Both the position numbers and the translations under genes were made by a program. DNA of 63,628 nucleotides, counting the filler, from Cercozoa sp. M6MM (taxonomy: Eukaryota > Protista > Endomyxa: Ascetosporea), in assembly GCA_040357565.1 (NCBI GenBank). It is 6 parts of 6 records of this genome, joined end to end, with 100 filler letters (N's around TTAATTAATTAA, not from the genome) between each part and the next. Parts side by side here need not be neighbours in the genome. Positions count along the whole stretch, not along the records: positions 44,738 to 54,023 come from JBDODJ010000490.1; positions 54,124 to 60,771 come from JBDODJ010000710.1; positions 60,872 to 63,628 come from JBDODJ010001703.1; 3 more parts are not named here. The stretch is one strand, 5' to 3'. Positions 49,201 to 63,628 of this stretch are shown in pieces. How positions within the stretch are numbered: position 1 is the stretch's first letter; every line of letters starts with the position of its first letter. The notes beneath the pieces are model-generated. The model saw nothing but the letters and a program-made list of their open reading frames with translations, had not been told where the DNA came from and made no database searches.

Positions 49201-50614
49201 TTGCTCCGCTGGCTCAAGCACTGCCGTCTTGTGCCACTTGGGTCTGTTTTTTGTTCTTGTCTGATACGTGTTGTTGATTCAAGGTCCTATAGTTGCAAGC
49301 TCGACTAGTCGACTTTGCTCGCACGGATACCTTTCGTTTCTTGACTGGTACTACTCAAGTTCCTGTGGCTTTTCCTCTTTTTGAACACACACAGACGTAT
49401 CGGTGGGTGCCGTGGCGGACATCTTTGCCGATGCTACACTCACAGCACACAGCGAACACGCTTTGCCGTCTCTCGCCCGCTTGGCCGGTATCTCCATTTA
49501 TATGTGTTATTTTGCTTTTGGAGTAGGTGCTCTTTGTGCAACAGCTGCGGCACAGACGAAAGCTGAAGCGGTCGAGCAGTCCGAAGATCATGTACACTCA
49601 ACAAAGAACGTTGTGTTTGTGTTGTTGAGAGAATGTGGTACTTTGTACAGCTCGAGTACTTTTCAAAATTCGACGTGCTGTGGAAAATTTCGATTCGGAT
49701 TCTCGACGAACTTGTCGACACGGGCCTGTGGCCAGAGTCGCTGCATCGTGCTGCTGTATCCTGATTTTATCTGACTCTGTTCGTGTTTTCTGCAAGTGTG
49801 TCTGTGATTTGAAAGGCCCAATCCACGTTGCAACGATTCTCCGCACGTCTTGAAGCCAAAATCATCGCGTACAGCTGTTTGGCAAGATTGAAAAGGCAAT
49901 GCATGCTTGAGTGAGTGTAGCGAGACGGCACACAGTGCAGCCGCTTCAGCTGCCTTCCAACTGAACCGACACTTTGGCGGTATTTCTGGTGCTACTGTCT
50001 GATGTGGGATGAGTACGATGCTTCCGTCTAGATGTGGACCCGTCGAAAGCAACGCCACTGGCGCACAAGACGCTGCGTCTGCTGGCACAGGTGGCACGCG
50101 ACTGCGAGCGCAGTGTGGAACTCTACCAGTTACACGGTATCGCTTATTTGGATCCTGCTTGTCGATGCAACTGTGTTGGTCACAGGCATGCGCAACCCAC
50201 TGAAGGACACGCGTCGACGAGTGCTGCAGGTGCTGCATATGGAGATGCGCGTGCAGCAGCACCGCGTGCTGCATCAGGTGTCGCACTTGGGTGGTGCCGT
50301 CGTGCAGCAGGCACTCGCCAAATTGGTATTAGTTCTGCATCAGTTAAAGGCCTCGTTGCAATCTTTAGGGGCTAACAGTGGCAAATGGACGCACTTCTCG
50401 TGAACAATCTCTCCTCTGTCGGTCTCGATCGCGCTACCGCCGACGTTTGGCAGGTGCGAACGATCTCTGTGTCCTCTAGTTGTACGTACTGATGGAGTTG
50501 CTGTTGTGTTGCAGGGCCTGGTGCGACAGCTGTGTGCGTGGCGTGCTGAACTTATTCGCCGTGGTGACATGCCTTCGCACACGGCCAACAATGTGTGTCT
50601 TCTGTTCCCCCCCC

Positions 50615-50656
<42 letters not shown>

Positions 50657-50883
50657 CTTTCTCTTCATCCCTATATATATATATATATATATATCGATAC
50701 AGATACTACGTGTGTGCAGTTGGCGATGGCTTGGCGCGTTGCTCTTCCGCAAATGACGACGTGTCCTCTCGTAGCGTCTATTCCGTTCTTGCTGATGTGT
50801 ATCTGTATGTGCGTATGTGTTGTGCGCAGGAAGAGGTTGATGCGCTCTCTGCGCTGGACTCTGACGATTTTATCGTCGTCTAA
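46213..50883 (+). CDS. Large, very intron-rich helical-rod protein, possibly a CATCHR-type tethering subunit (RINT1/Tip20-like)
   Basis: More than 25 short helical exons with GT-AG boundaries and an N-terminal coiled coil. The family call is tentative. Confidence 0.4.
46572..46634. repeat. (TTGAC)n pentanucleotide microsatellite (intronic)
   Basis: Seen directly in the sequence. Confidence 0.92.
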
Positions 50884-51029
50884 ACTCCCCTGCAGGGGAC
50901 TTTTAGATAATGTCGGCCGACGAGAGTGCTTGTTTTACTGTACAAGAACTTCAGTTGTTCCGGTCCATCTTAAAAAACAAAGAAAGTCCGAGCGTTTTGA
51001 CGTGGGCGTGTTTTTGGTTCCGAGACGCC

Positions 51030-51060
51030 TTAGTTAGTTAGTTAGTTCAGTCTTCTAAGA
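51030..51060 (-). repeat. Retroposon-type 3' tail TAGAAGACT-(AACT)n
   Basis: The reverse complement TAGAAGACTGAACTAACTAACTAACT matches the tail of the 31885 copy. Confidence 0.5.
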
Positions 51061-51525
51061 ACGTTGAAGCTTGGCGACACGAAGCCGTCAAACGTGCGTC
51101 ATTGGGGTGCGAGGTCGTTCACTACACGTCCACGCAGACTCCCTTGGCGTCAACGTTCGCCCTGCAGCAGTCTCGTCTCAGTCCTGGTTGGCGTCCAGCG
51201 ACCCTCCGCGTCAAAGTCTCGGGCGTCACACAGTGGCAGACTGACGTCGACAGCGACGATCGATACGTCATGGTTGCTACAGGATCGCGGAGACGACGAC
51301 GCCTTACTTACTGTAAACGTTGATTAGCTAGCGAGCTCACCAACGCAACAAGTCACTGGCAGATCGTTCGGTTCTACCTGGCTCCAGCCAACCCGGGAGG
51401 AGAGGGGTGGCGATCTCCTACGCTGAGAAGGCAGCCCCACGAAATAATTGGAAGTTTCTATATAAAACCGAACTAAATGGAAAGCGAGCATGCGCGCGTG
51501 CGTGTCGCATTTCGAGTCCGAAGCT

Positions 51526-52518
51526 CTACTGCTGCGCCGACTTGGCCACGAATTCGAGCATTTTCTGCAGTGTCGCTTGCTGCAACTCGCTCAGGAAGCC
51601 TGCAGTGTTACAGGGGTAAATGAGCTGACTGGGGGGGGGGGTAAAGGGAGGTAAAACCCTGCTGCGTGAACTGCTGCAGCAGCGCGGCGCGCGGCAACAA
51701 AAACACGCGCGCGAATTCCTCCAACGCTTCTCGCAAGTTTACCGACTAAACCAAGGGGATAAAGAGATGGGGAGGGGGTGGGTATAACTACCAGCAGCGG
51801 GTCGTCACGTGCGCCCGGGTCCATCATGGTGGCATGTGCCTGCAAGGCCTCCTCGTCATCATGCAAGTCCCACAGGTCGCTCGCATCGATGCCGCGCAGG
51901 TCGGCCTCCAGCTCGTCCAGCGCCAACTCCGTGCTTGCGAACAAGTCCGCCTGGGGGGGGGGGTAAAGGGCGTGAGGGGTAAAGGCGGTGAGGGGTGGGG
52001 GTAAAACACTACCTGATCCTCAACACGTGCGTTGTCGTCGCCATCGTCGTTCCAGAAACGATTGGACTCTTCGGGCGCCTCGTCAATGTCCAACGCCGCC
52101 TCGGCCGCCGCCATGCGTGCCACGCGTTCCTTCAGCTTGCCCTGGGGAGGGGGGGTAAGATGAGGGCAGGGAGGTAAGGGTGTAAAACTGTACACGGTTG
52201 TGCTCGCGCTCCCAACGCATCGACAGGATGCCTGACAAAGGTAAGGGGTCAAGAGGCTAGTAGGTGGGGGGGGGGTAAGATACCAACGACATGCGCCGCC
52301 AGCGGCACCTTGTTGTACTCGAGTTTGCGTCGACGAGCACCAGCACGCGACGCGATGCTGCCGCTCTTGTCCTTGCTGTTTAGGGGTAGGGAGTAAGGGT
52401 GGGGTAGGTAGGGAGTAAGGAGGAGGTTGGGTGTAGGGGGGGGGGGTAAAACGTACTTGCTGTCCAGTGGCTGCGTCGTGTTGTTCACCATCGTCTTGAC
52501 CAGATCGGCACCTACACG

Positions 52519-52601
<83 letters not shown>

Positions 52602-53566
52602 GGGGGTGAAGAGGTAGGGGGGGGGGGGCAAAGCTACACAGCGCATGCTCCGGCGACTGCTCGTCGAGACCGCTCGAGACCTGTGTCCAATCGGCGCGTC
52701 CATTTGGACACATTCTTGTTTGGTTAAAGCTGCGATAGGTACCAGACGCGACATCGACAGCAGCAGCAGCTTGGCCGTGTACGCACTGTCGCCGACGTCG
52801 ACGCAGTCGGCACACTGCTGCGCCCACTGCTCCAGCACCGTCTGCTTCTGCCCAAGCGAGAAACGCACAAAATACCAAAACCCACTACAAAAAACACCAA
52901 AATACTCACCTGGGGCAGCTGATGCAGGAACATTGCCACTGCACCCGGCGATTCCGTGTACAGACGCGCCAGGGCGGCCTAAAAGCATAAAACACTCGTC
53001 ACTGCACAAAAAAAAACGCAAAAAACAAGAATTCTGAGCCAAACCCGAAATTGGAGCCCAAACAACAAATTGGAGCCCAAACAACAAATTGGAGCCCAAC
53101 ACCAAAAACGAGCCCAAACACGACAGAAACGCACCAGCAGACGCTCACGCGAGGCCGAGAGCTTGCAGGACACGATCCGGGCCACCAGTGCCGACAGCAG
53201 TCCAACCACCGCATCCTTAAAAAAAAACGATCAATAGCGGAAAGAGAGAGCAGTTTGAGTTTGTACCTGACCGAGCTGACTCGAGAAACGACGCACCAGT
53301 TGCACCGCTAGCGGACCGACTGGGAGAGGGGGGGGGGGTAAAGGATAGAGGTATGGGGTGGGGGGTGGGTGTACCCTCAGTGCGCACGTACTCCTCAATG
53401 TCCACATCGTCCGACAGGAGTTTCGAAACGATCTGACAGCACGCCTGCAGCAGCGACAGACCGTCCTTGACCGCGCGAGTGGCCGCGTCCACCGGCGACA
53501 GGCGCAGGAACTGCACCAGCACCGGGCTGCCCAGGGGGTACAGTGGGTACAGGGTTAAGGTTTAGG

Positions 53567-53597
<31 letters not shown>

Positions 53598-53925
53598 TTA
53601 AGGTTAAGGGGGCAAAGATAGTTAAGGGGGCAAAGATAGTTAAGAGGGCAAAGATAGTTAAGGGGGGGTAAACAGGGGGTAAACAGGGGGGTAAAACTAC
53701 CACGCCGTGAGATACAACGACACCGGTTCGCACAATTCGCCCGTGTCCTCATCGCGCACCTTCGGGGCTACAACACACATAGTCCATATGGGGGGGACAT
53801 ATGGACCGTCCAGGCGGCTACAATCCAGTGGCTACAATCCACACAGGTCCGTTTGTACCGTCCAGGATCTCACGCAGCAGCGACGGCAGCGCTTGCTCAA
53901 AGTACTGCACGAAGAGAGCTGCGCA
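51526..53925 (-). CDS. IPO9: Importin-9, C-terminal part (partial)
   Basis: LLSALVARI, AYTAKLLLLSMSRL, GSIASRAGARRRKLEYNKVPL, an acidic loop, and DPGARDDPLL-SVNLREALEEF fit the importin-9 C-terminus. Confidence 0.7.
53047..53100. repeat. Intronic 19-bp tandem repeat AAATTGGAGCCCAAACAAC (about 3 copies)
   Basis: Seen directly in the sequence. Confidence 0.85.
53603..53665. repeat. Intronic tandem repeat of about 18 bp, GTTAAG(G/A)GGGCAAAGATA (about 3 copies)
   Basis: Seen directly in the sequence. Confidence 0.8.
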
Positions 53926-54023
53926 CGGGGGGATGGGGGGTAAAAGGAGCGGTGGGGATTGTAGCCACTGGAGGGTAGCCGCCGGGACGGTCCAAAAGAC
54001 CCCCCCCCAAGAACGACGTTGTG

Positions 54024-54123
54024 NNNNNNNNNNNNNNNNNNNNNNNNNNNNNNNNNNNNNNNNNNNNTTAATTAATTAANNNNNNNNNNNNNNNNNNNNN
54101 NNNNNNNNNNNNNNNNNNNNNNN
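54024..54123. other. Artificial contig-joining linker
   Basis: N-TTAATTAATTAA-N. Confidence 0.97.
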
Positions 54124-54171
<48 letters not shown>

Positions 54172-54184
54172 CGTGTCTGCTGTA

Positions 54185-54931
54185 CACCTGTCTCCTTATT
54201 GCACCCAGTCCCATGTGTACCCTATCGTCGTGATTGCCGGTGTTGTGCAGCTGCAGCGAATCGGAAAGAAAGCTCGCGCGCAGCAAGGAGTCACTCACGA
54301 CGGCGTAGGGTACTCGCGACCCTGCGGAGAGGGGCATATATTCCCGAACACAGCCAAGCAGTGCACTCGCAGCGTACCTGGCAGGCTGTACTTTTGGCAC
54401 TCTGGAAAGCACACCTGGTCGATGTACCACCTGTCCTCTTTCTTGCTGCGCACAAGGATCCAAGGGTACACATAAAACACGGAGGGGGGGGTCAAGATAC
54501 ACTTGCAGCACAAGGTCGGGCCTGCCATCGCCGTTCAAATCAGTGACGCTGCAGAAGAACTGCTCTGCCTCGCGCGGGATCGAGACACTCATCTGCACCC
54601 ACAGCGTTGCTAAAGTCCTGTCATTGTGCAACCCCAGGAATCTAATCGTGCGCAATACATCAGAAGGCGTGAAACTCGACAGTGTGTTCGTGTAGACAAC
54701 CGCTTTATCCTGCCCCCTAGGCAGCAGCAACACATCAACGGCGCCATCGCTGTCAAAGTCACCGAGTGCCACCACATCCCCTGCCGTGCGTTCAATCCAA
54801 TGCCATGATGCAGCATCTAGGGAAAAACACAGCCTACCTCTAAATTGCTCGAGGCCGTGTGCCGTTTCGAGAAACGTGAGTGCCCTAGCACCGCTCAGGA
54901 ATGCTAGGAGTACCACTTCCCAGCGACACAT
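54185..54931 (-). CDS. FG-GAP/VCBS-repeat secreted or membrane protein, ITFG1 (TIP/LINKIN)-like, 5' part
   Basis: Signal peptide MCRWEVVLLAFLSGARA, then ALGDFDSDGAVDVLL and VTDLNGDGRPDLVL. Confidence 0.65.
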
Positions 54932-56290
54932 GAGATCTAAGCCTCGGATGGTGAACGTTTGAGTTTTCTGCTACGCTCGATGTACTGTATCGATATTTTG
55001 TAGCCGAAATACAGTACGGTGCCCGTACGGTCTTATGAACCAGCACCAAACCGCTGTTTAGAAACACTGCACATTTGCATGTGGGATCGGCGCCTGCACT
55101 GAGCAGTTGTTCACACCGAAAGCACAAAGCCCTTACACCGTCAGTATCGACAGTGGACTCACCGGCAACAATTCGGGATATTTGCTCCGGGTGCAATACA
55201 AGCACCAAAAAACGAAATTATACAAGTACGCTCTAGCAGCGCAAGCGCGGAAGCGTTTCGCTTGTTGGGCATTCTGCGTTTCTGCCTTTGAATCGCACGC
55301 AGTCAGCTGCTCTGATTGTACGATCTAGAGTCCAAGTGGAGTATGCATGCACCAAACAGCCCAACTGAGCTTGCACACAGGTGGCGCGGACGCGGGTCTG
55401 GCGTTGTTTTTGGCCCATTTTGACATCAGTCAGGGCGTTTGGAAGCAATCACACCGTCCAGTGAGTGACTTCTTGCGCCGCGCCCACCTCACCTCTTTGC
55501 CACCCGTGAGAGTGACGCTGCGTGTGCGTGTGCAGCTCTTGTTGCTAGGTAGCTCGTGCTTTTGGTTGCTAAATAGCTTGTGTCTTTGGTTTCGTTTTAG
55601 TCGCCTTTCTCTCTGCCAAGCCCTCATTAGCAGGCAATTCTTGAGCTATTGGTGTTGACTGACTCCATCGCACGTGCGGCGTGTGTGTTAAAGCGTTTTT
55701 GTTGAGCTGTTGTTGGGTTTTGAAGCGATGATCAATTCAAGATTCGCGCTACATTCGCTTTGTGATCGCCAAGTGTGGACCCCTTTCGCTGCATGAGGTT
55801 TGGCCGCCCACATTGGTGTGCTTTCGAGCGCTTTTGCGCTGGGGCAGCGCGTTCTTCCGTTTTGTGTTCTGCGTTTTTGTCTGTTTTTCGCCTGGCGGGA
55901 CACAACGATGGTGCGCGCTATTCCTTTTTTGCCCCAAACAAAAGAGGAGGAGGGCCTGCACGAGCAACTGCTTCTTCTTCTGAGTTTAGACTCGGCTTGA
56001 TTTCGGCGCGCACGTGCCTGAAAGCAGTCGTGGCTGAACGCACCGTCATTTGCACGTCAGCGTGGAATGGGGACCGTGCCACTTTTGGGGCAGAGAAATA
56101 GAGGGCCCTCCCGTCCAATCGACGGTCTTTTGTGTGTTTGAGTCAGTCACAGCGTGAATGTGTATAAAGTGACCCAAAAAGGACACAGAGTGGCTTTGAG
56201 TTTGCATTTTCCCTGTTGCTCCGAGTGAGGCACCTTTTGCACGCGATTGCTATTCAGTAGCACACCCAGTTTATTCCACAAGCAGAGGGA

Positions 56291-57810
56291 ATGAGTGAGG
56301 AAGTAGTTCTGTCCTACCTAGGCGCTGTTTTGTGATGTTGTGCAGCCGGAGGCACGACATGAGCAGCACATCACCGGGTGTCTCTGCAGTGCCGGTGGCA
56401 GGCGAGTCGGCGTCGGCCGACGCAGCAGTCGCAGGTGCCTCTGTCTGTGTCCGAGTGTCTCCCTCTGCCTGTTGCCTGTATTGATGATAGCTAAATTTAA
56501 CTCTGTCTGTATGTGCGTGTGTGTGTACTCACAGCAGCTGACAACGACAGCAATCAAAGCACTGCCGTCGAGAGTCGAAGCAGCAACGACGACAACTCTG
56601 ACCTTCCGAGTGAGGACACCGAGGCTGTGTCTGCTGCGCCTGGTACCTATGTATGAGTGTATGAGTGTATGAGTTTGTATCAGTTATGTGTTCGCCTCAG
56701 TGCATCGCAGTTCGGCCGAGGCGCCACCAGTGCTGCCGGTACAGGGCATTGACTTCGAGGCACTGGCCTCCCTTGAGGACCTGCCGGCCACCTTCTTTGG
56801 CGACGCTGCCTCCCCGTCGATCTTTGCGTCGCCCATTCCGCCCGTTCCTGTTCCTGCCGTCGACAGCAATGCCGTATCTTGTAGATAAGACATGCATATA
56901 TATATATATATATGTATGTAGTTATAGGTATAGATCTACAGATATGTGTACAGCAGAAAGCAACTGTGCTGCGGCCACCTGTGTCAGCACCACCGCCAGC
57001 CACCCGTACAAGCATCCCTGCTGTTTAGTCCTGTGTTTGTCTTCTCTTACCCCCCCCCCCCTCCTTCCCGGGCAGGCTCACTGACGGAGTTGCTGATGGT
57101 GGCGTCGCCGCAGTCGGCACCGGCCACGCGTGTGCCGACGCCGGTGCAGCCGGAGCACCGACGGCTCGAGTTGCGGCCAGTGTCTGCTCCTCAGGTATCA
57201 CGACCTGTCTGTGTCTGTGTCTGTGTCTGTGCTTGGGTGTGAGCACATTTACCATGCAGGTACCGGGTACGACCTTTGACTTTCGGTCGGACGGCAGTGC
57301 CCATGCCGTGGAGTCGGGTGCTGCCAATGTGCAGCAATGTGTCACTCAGTCCGCCACCAACAGTGGCAACAGCAACAGCAACAACAACATCAACAGCAAC
57401 AGCAACAGCAACAACAGCACTGGCCACAGTGGCAGCAGCAGCTCTGGCAGTGCTGGCAACAAGAAGAAGAAGAAGGAGTTGCAGGACATGAGTGACGAGG
57501 AGGACACGGCCAACTACGATGGTATTCGCACGCTGCCTCCCATCAGCGACGACAAACAACGACAGTGCACCTGTACTATTCCTCCTACCCTACATCCTAT
57601 CCCTTACCGCCCTATCTATCCTCTACCCCTCTGTACTTCCTATCCCTATCTACCCTAACTACCTCCTACCCCTCTATACTATCCGACTACCCTCTACCGT
57701 CTAGACTGCGGCGTGAAATCGACGCCAACATGGCGACTAGTAAGCACGCGCGACAAGCTGCTGTGCAACGCGTGCTTCATGTACTTCAAGCGTACTCTGT
57801 CTCTACCTCC

Positions 57811-57888
<78 letters not shown>

Positions 57889-58510
57889 GANNNNNNNNNN
57901 NNNNNNNNNNNNNNNNNNNNNNNNNNNNNNNNNNNNNNNNNNNNNNNNNNNNNNNNNNNNNNNNNNNNNNNNNNNNNNNNNNNNNNNNNNGAAGCTACCC
58001 CCCCCCCCAACAGGACACGGCACACTGTGCGGTCGGCACAAGAAGTGGCACATGATGAAACTCAACAAGAAGCAGCGCGAACGCTCGTGCAAGCGGCGCA
58101 AACTCTTGGTCGAGGTAGACATGATACGTGTATATTGATATATATATATATATATATATATATAAACAGATAGTGTGTTGCATATACTCCTCCTGCAGAA
58201 GGCAAAGAAAGAGCAGTTGCAAGCGGCAGCGGCAACAACGACAGCGACGGCCTTTTCGTCCTTGTCGTCGCTGCTGTCGTCCAACGCCTCTGCTGCCAGT
58301 GCTGCCGTCGGCAGTGCCTACCTGCCACCACATGCTGCACTCGGACTCAACCTGACGGCACTGCTGGTTAACAACACTGCCGGCAACAACACCAACAACA
58401 ACAACAGTAGCAGCAGCAGCAGCAACAACAACAATCCCTCTGGCAGCAACAGCAATCACAGTCTCCTTTTCCCTGCCACTGATGACTCGTGTAACCTCTG
58501 CTACCTCCTT

Positions 58511-58571
<61 letters not shown>

Positions 58572-59321
58572 GACCAGTATGTGGTATGTGGTATGTGGTA
58601 TGTATGTGCATGTGCATGTGCAGTAAGTCAAACGACGCGCGTACAGCACGCTGTGCAGCTTGTGCGCGATGCACAGTACGTCTTCCTTTGATCCACCTTA
58701 TGTCCTAAATTAAGTAACCCACCGGTAGGCGACGCCTGTTGGAACAGCAACTCGCGCGGCACCAGGCACTCATGAACGAGGCCAGGCAGCACGTAGTCTT
58801 CCTCTCCATCCTGTGCATTCATGTCTTGCTTTTGTTGCATGGTTATGTGTGTGTGTGTCTGTGTGTGTATGTGCCCAGCAGGCACTGCGCGACGTGTTGT
58901 TCCATCAGAATCCGGCCACTGGACAGGCTGCACCGCCATGTACATCCTTTTTGTTCCCATACCATACTCCCTCCTCTCCTTTCACCTGACACTTTCATCC
59001 TGCTGTGCAGCATCGATGCTGGACCAGATCCTGCTGAACAATCAGTTGAGTCCTCTGAACCTGCACGCACTGCTCAATCCGACCAGCAACAATAACAGCG
59101 GCAGCAGTGTCAACAACAACAACAGCAGCAGCAGCAGCAGTAGCAGTGGCCATCATCATGATCACTCAGGTGCCAGCATCAGTTCGCATGACCTGCATCA
59201 TCATTCCAGCAACATCAATAACAACAGCAACAGCAACAGTAACAACAACAGCAACAGTAACAACAACAGCAACAGTAACAACAACAGTAGCAGTAATATC
59301 AACAGTCACATGCAGCAATAA
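56291..59321 (+). CDS. GATA-type zinc-finger transcription factor with Asn/Ser/His low-complexity tracts
   Basis: Spliced CTYCGVKSTPTWRLVSTRDKLLCNACFMYFKR (C-X2-C-X18-C-X2-C) at about 57565-57790, followed by a basic region. Start is uncertain. Confidence 0.8.
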
Positions 59322-59871
59322 CAACACTGAACAATGACGCAACACACACTCACACACGCACACAGCAAAGCACTCCCAAAAATCATACTGTTTCTGCCTG
59401 TGAACTGTCATCGCACACACCCACCTGTCACCGCACTTCTTCTTCACACACAAAAACAAAAACAAACGTCTCTCCCCTTGTCTTCTCTTTTCTGTCCTCT
59501 CTTTTGTCTCTCTCCCTCTCTCTCTTTCTATCTGGGTACACTCTTCTCTCCTTCCTCTCTTGGGTCGCCAGATGTCACGTCATTCATCGTGTGTGCAGAG
59601 GCGGGTCCTGTCGAAGCTCCATTTACCTGTATCGATAACCCCTTTTCTCCTCAAGCGAACTTCGGCTCTATTTAACAATGTGCTGGCCTGCTTTCGGTTG
59701 CTTCCCTTCCAGCGAAGCTGAATGAAGCGGTTTAGTTGAGTGCCCCAGGCCGGCCGGTATGCCGACGGGGACGCCTCTAGACATTGAACTTAAATTTATT
59801 TGTTTCTACGTACGGTACGGTACCCACGCGGCCGTACGCGTTTTCAAAACTGAACGTCACAATAGTCCATG

Positions 59872-60660
<789 letters not shown>

Positions 60661-60681
60661 CACGCACTGTGCATACGAGTG

Positions 60682-60771
<90 letters not shown>

Positions 60772-60871
60772 NNNNNNNNNNNNNNNNNNNNNNNNNNNNN
60801 NNNNNNNNNNNNNNNTTAATTAATTAANNNNNNNNNNNNNNNNNNNNNNNNNNNNNNNNNNNNNNNNNNNN
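60772..60871. other. Artificial contig-joining linker
   Basis: N-TTAATTAATTAA-N. Confidence 0.97.
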
Positions 60872-60903
60872 ACCCCTATTTACCTCGTTCCCCCCATCGA
60901 CAG

Positions 60904-63580
<2,677 letters not shown>

Positions 63581-63589
63581 GTAGCCTGC

Positions 63590-63628
<39 letters not shown>

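Noticed and set aside
53040-53665. 19-bp and 18-bp repeats as a CRISPR-like array
   Set aside because: They are head-to-tail with no spacers, intronic, and in a eukaryotic gene with no cas genes nearby.

Overview
The window is eukaryotic, gene-dense DNA from an intron-rich organism, probably a protist. Introns are short (mostly about 45-100 nt) and GT-AG, many carry (CA)n, (TA)n or C-rich microsatellites, and TAA, TAG and TGA all act as stops. It is not one contiguous locus: five artificial N-TTAATTAATTAA-N linkers split it into six unrelated contigs (1-17881, 17982-32380, 32481-44637, 44738-54023, 54124-60771, 60872-63628). Gene models were spliced by eye. Recognisable genes are a CE4 chitin/polysaccharide deacetylase, QPRTase (nadC), CWF18/CCDC12, NDUFS7 with a long C-terminal extension, PCF11, a GATA factor, and partial TAF5, importin-9, ITFG1-like, GGPP synthase and RFC1. 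The strongest discovery candidate is a multi-exon minus-strand gene (41733-36972) that splices in frame into 2TM - HisKA - HATPase - receiver - globin - RGS, so a hybrid histidine kinase carries both a haem gas-sensor domain and a G-protein regulator domain. The second is a cluster of divergent EEP (DNase I-like) genes containing an intact copy and a convergent paralog that lacks most catalytic residues. The cluster also has truncated copies, one interrupted by a LINE RNase H fragment. A structured retroposon family with (AACT)n tails and 7-bp target-site duplications is scattered across contigs.
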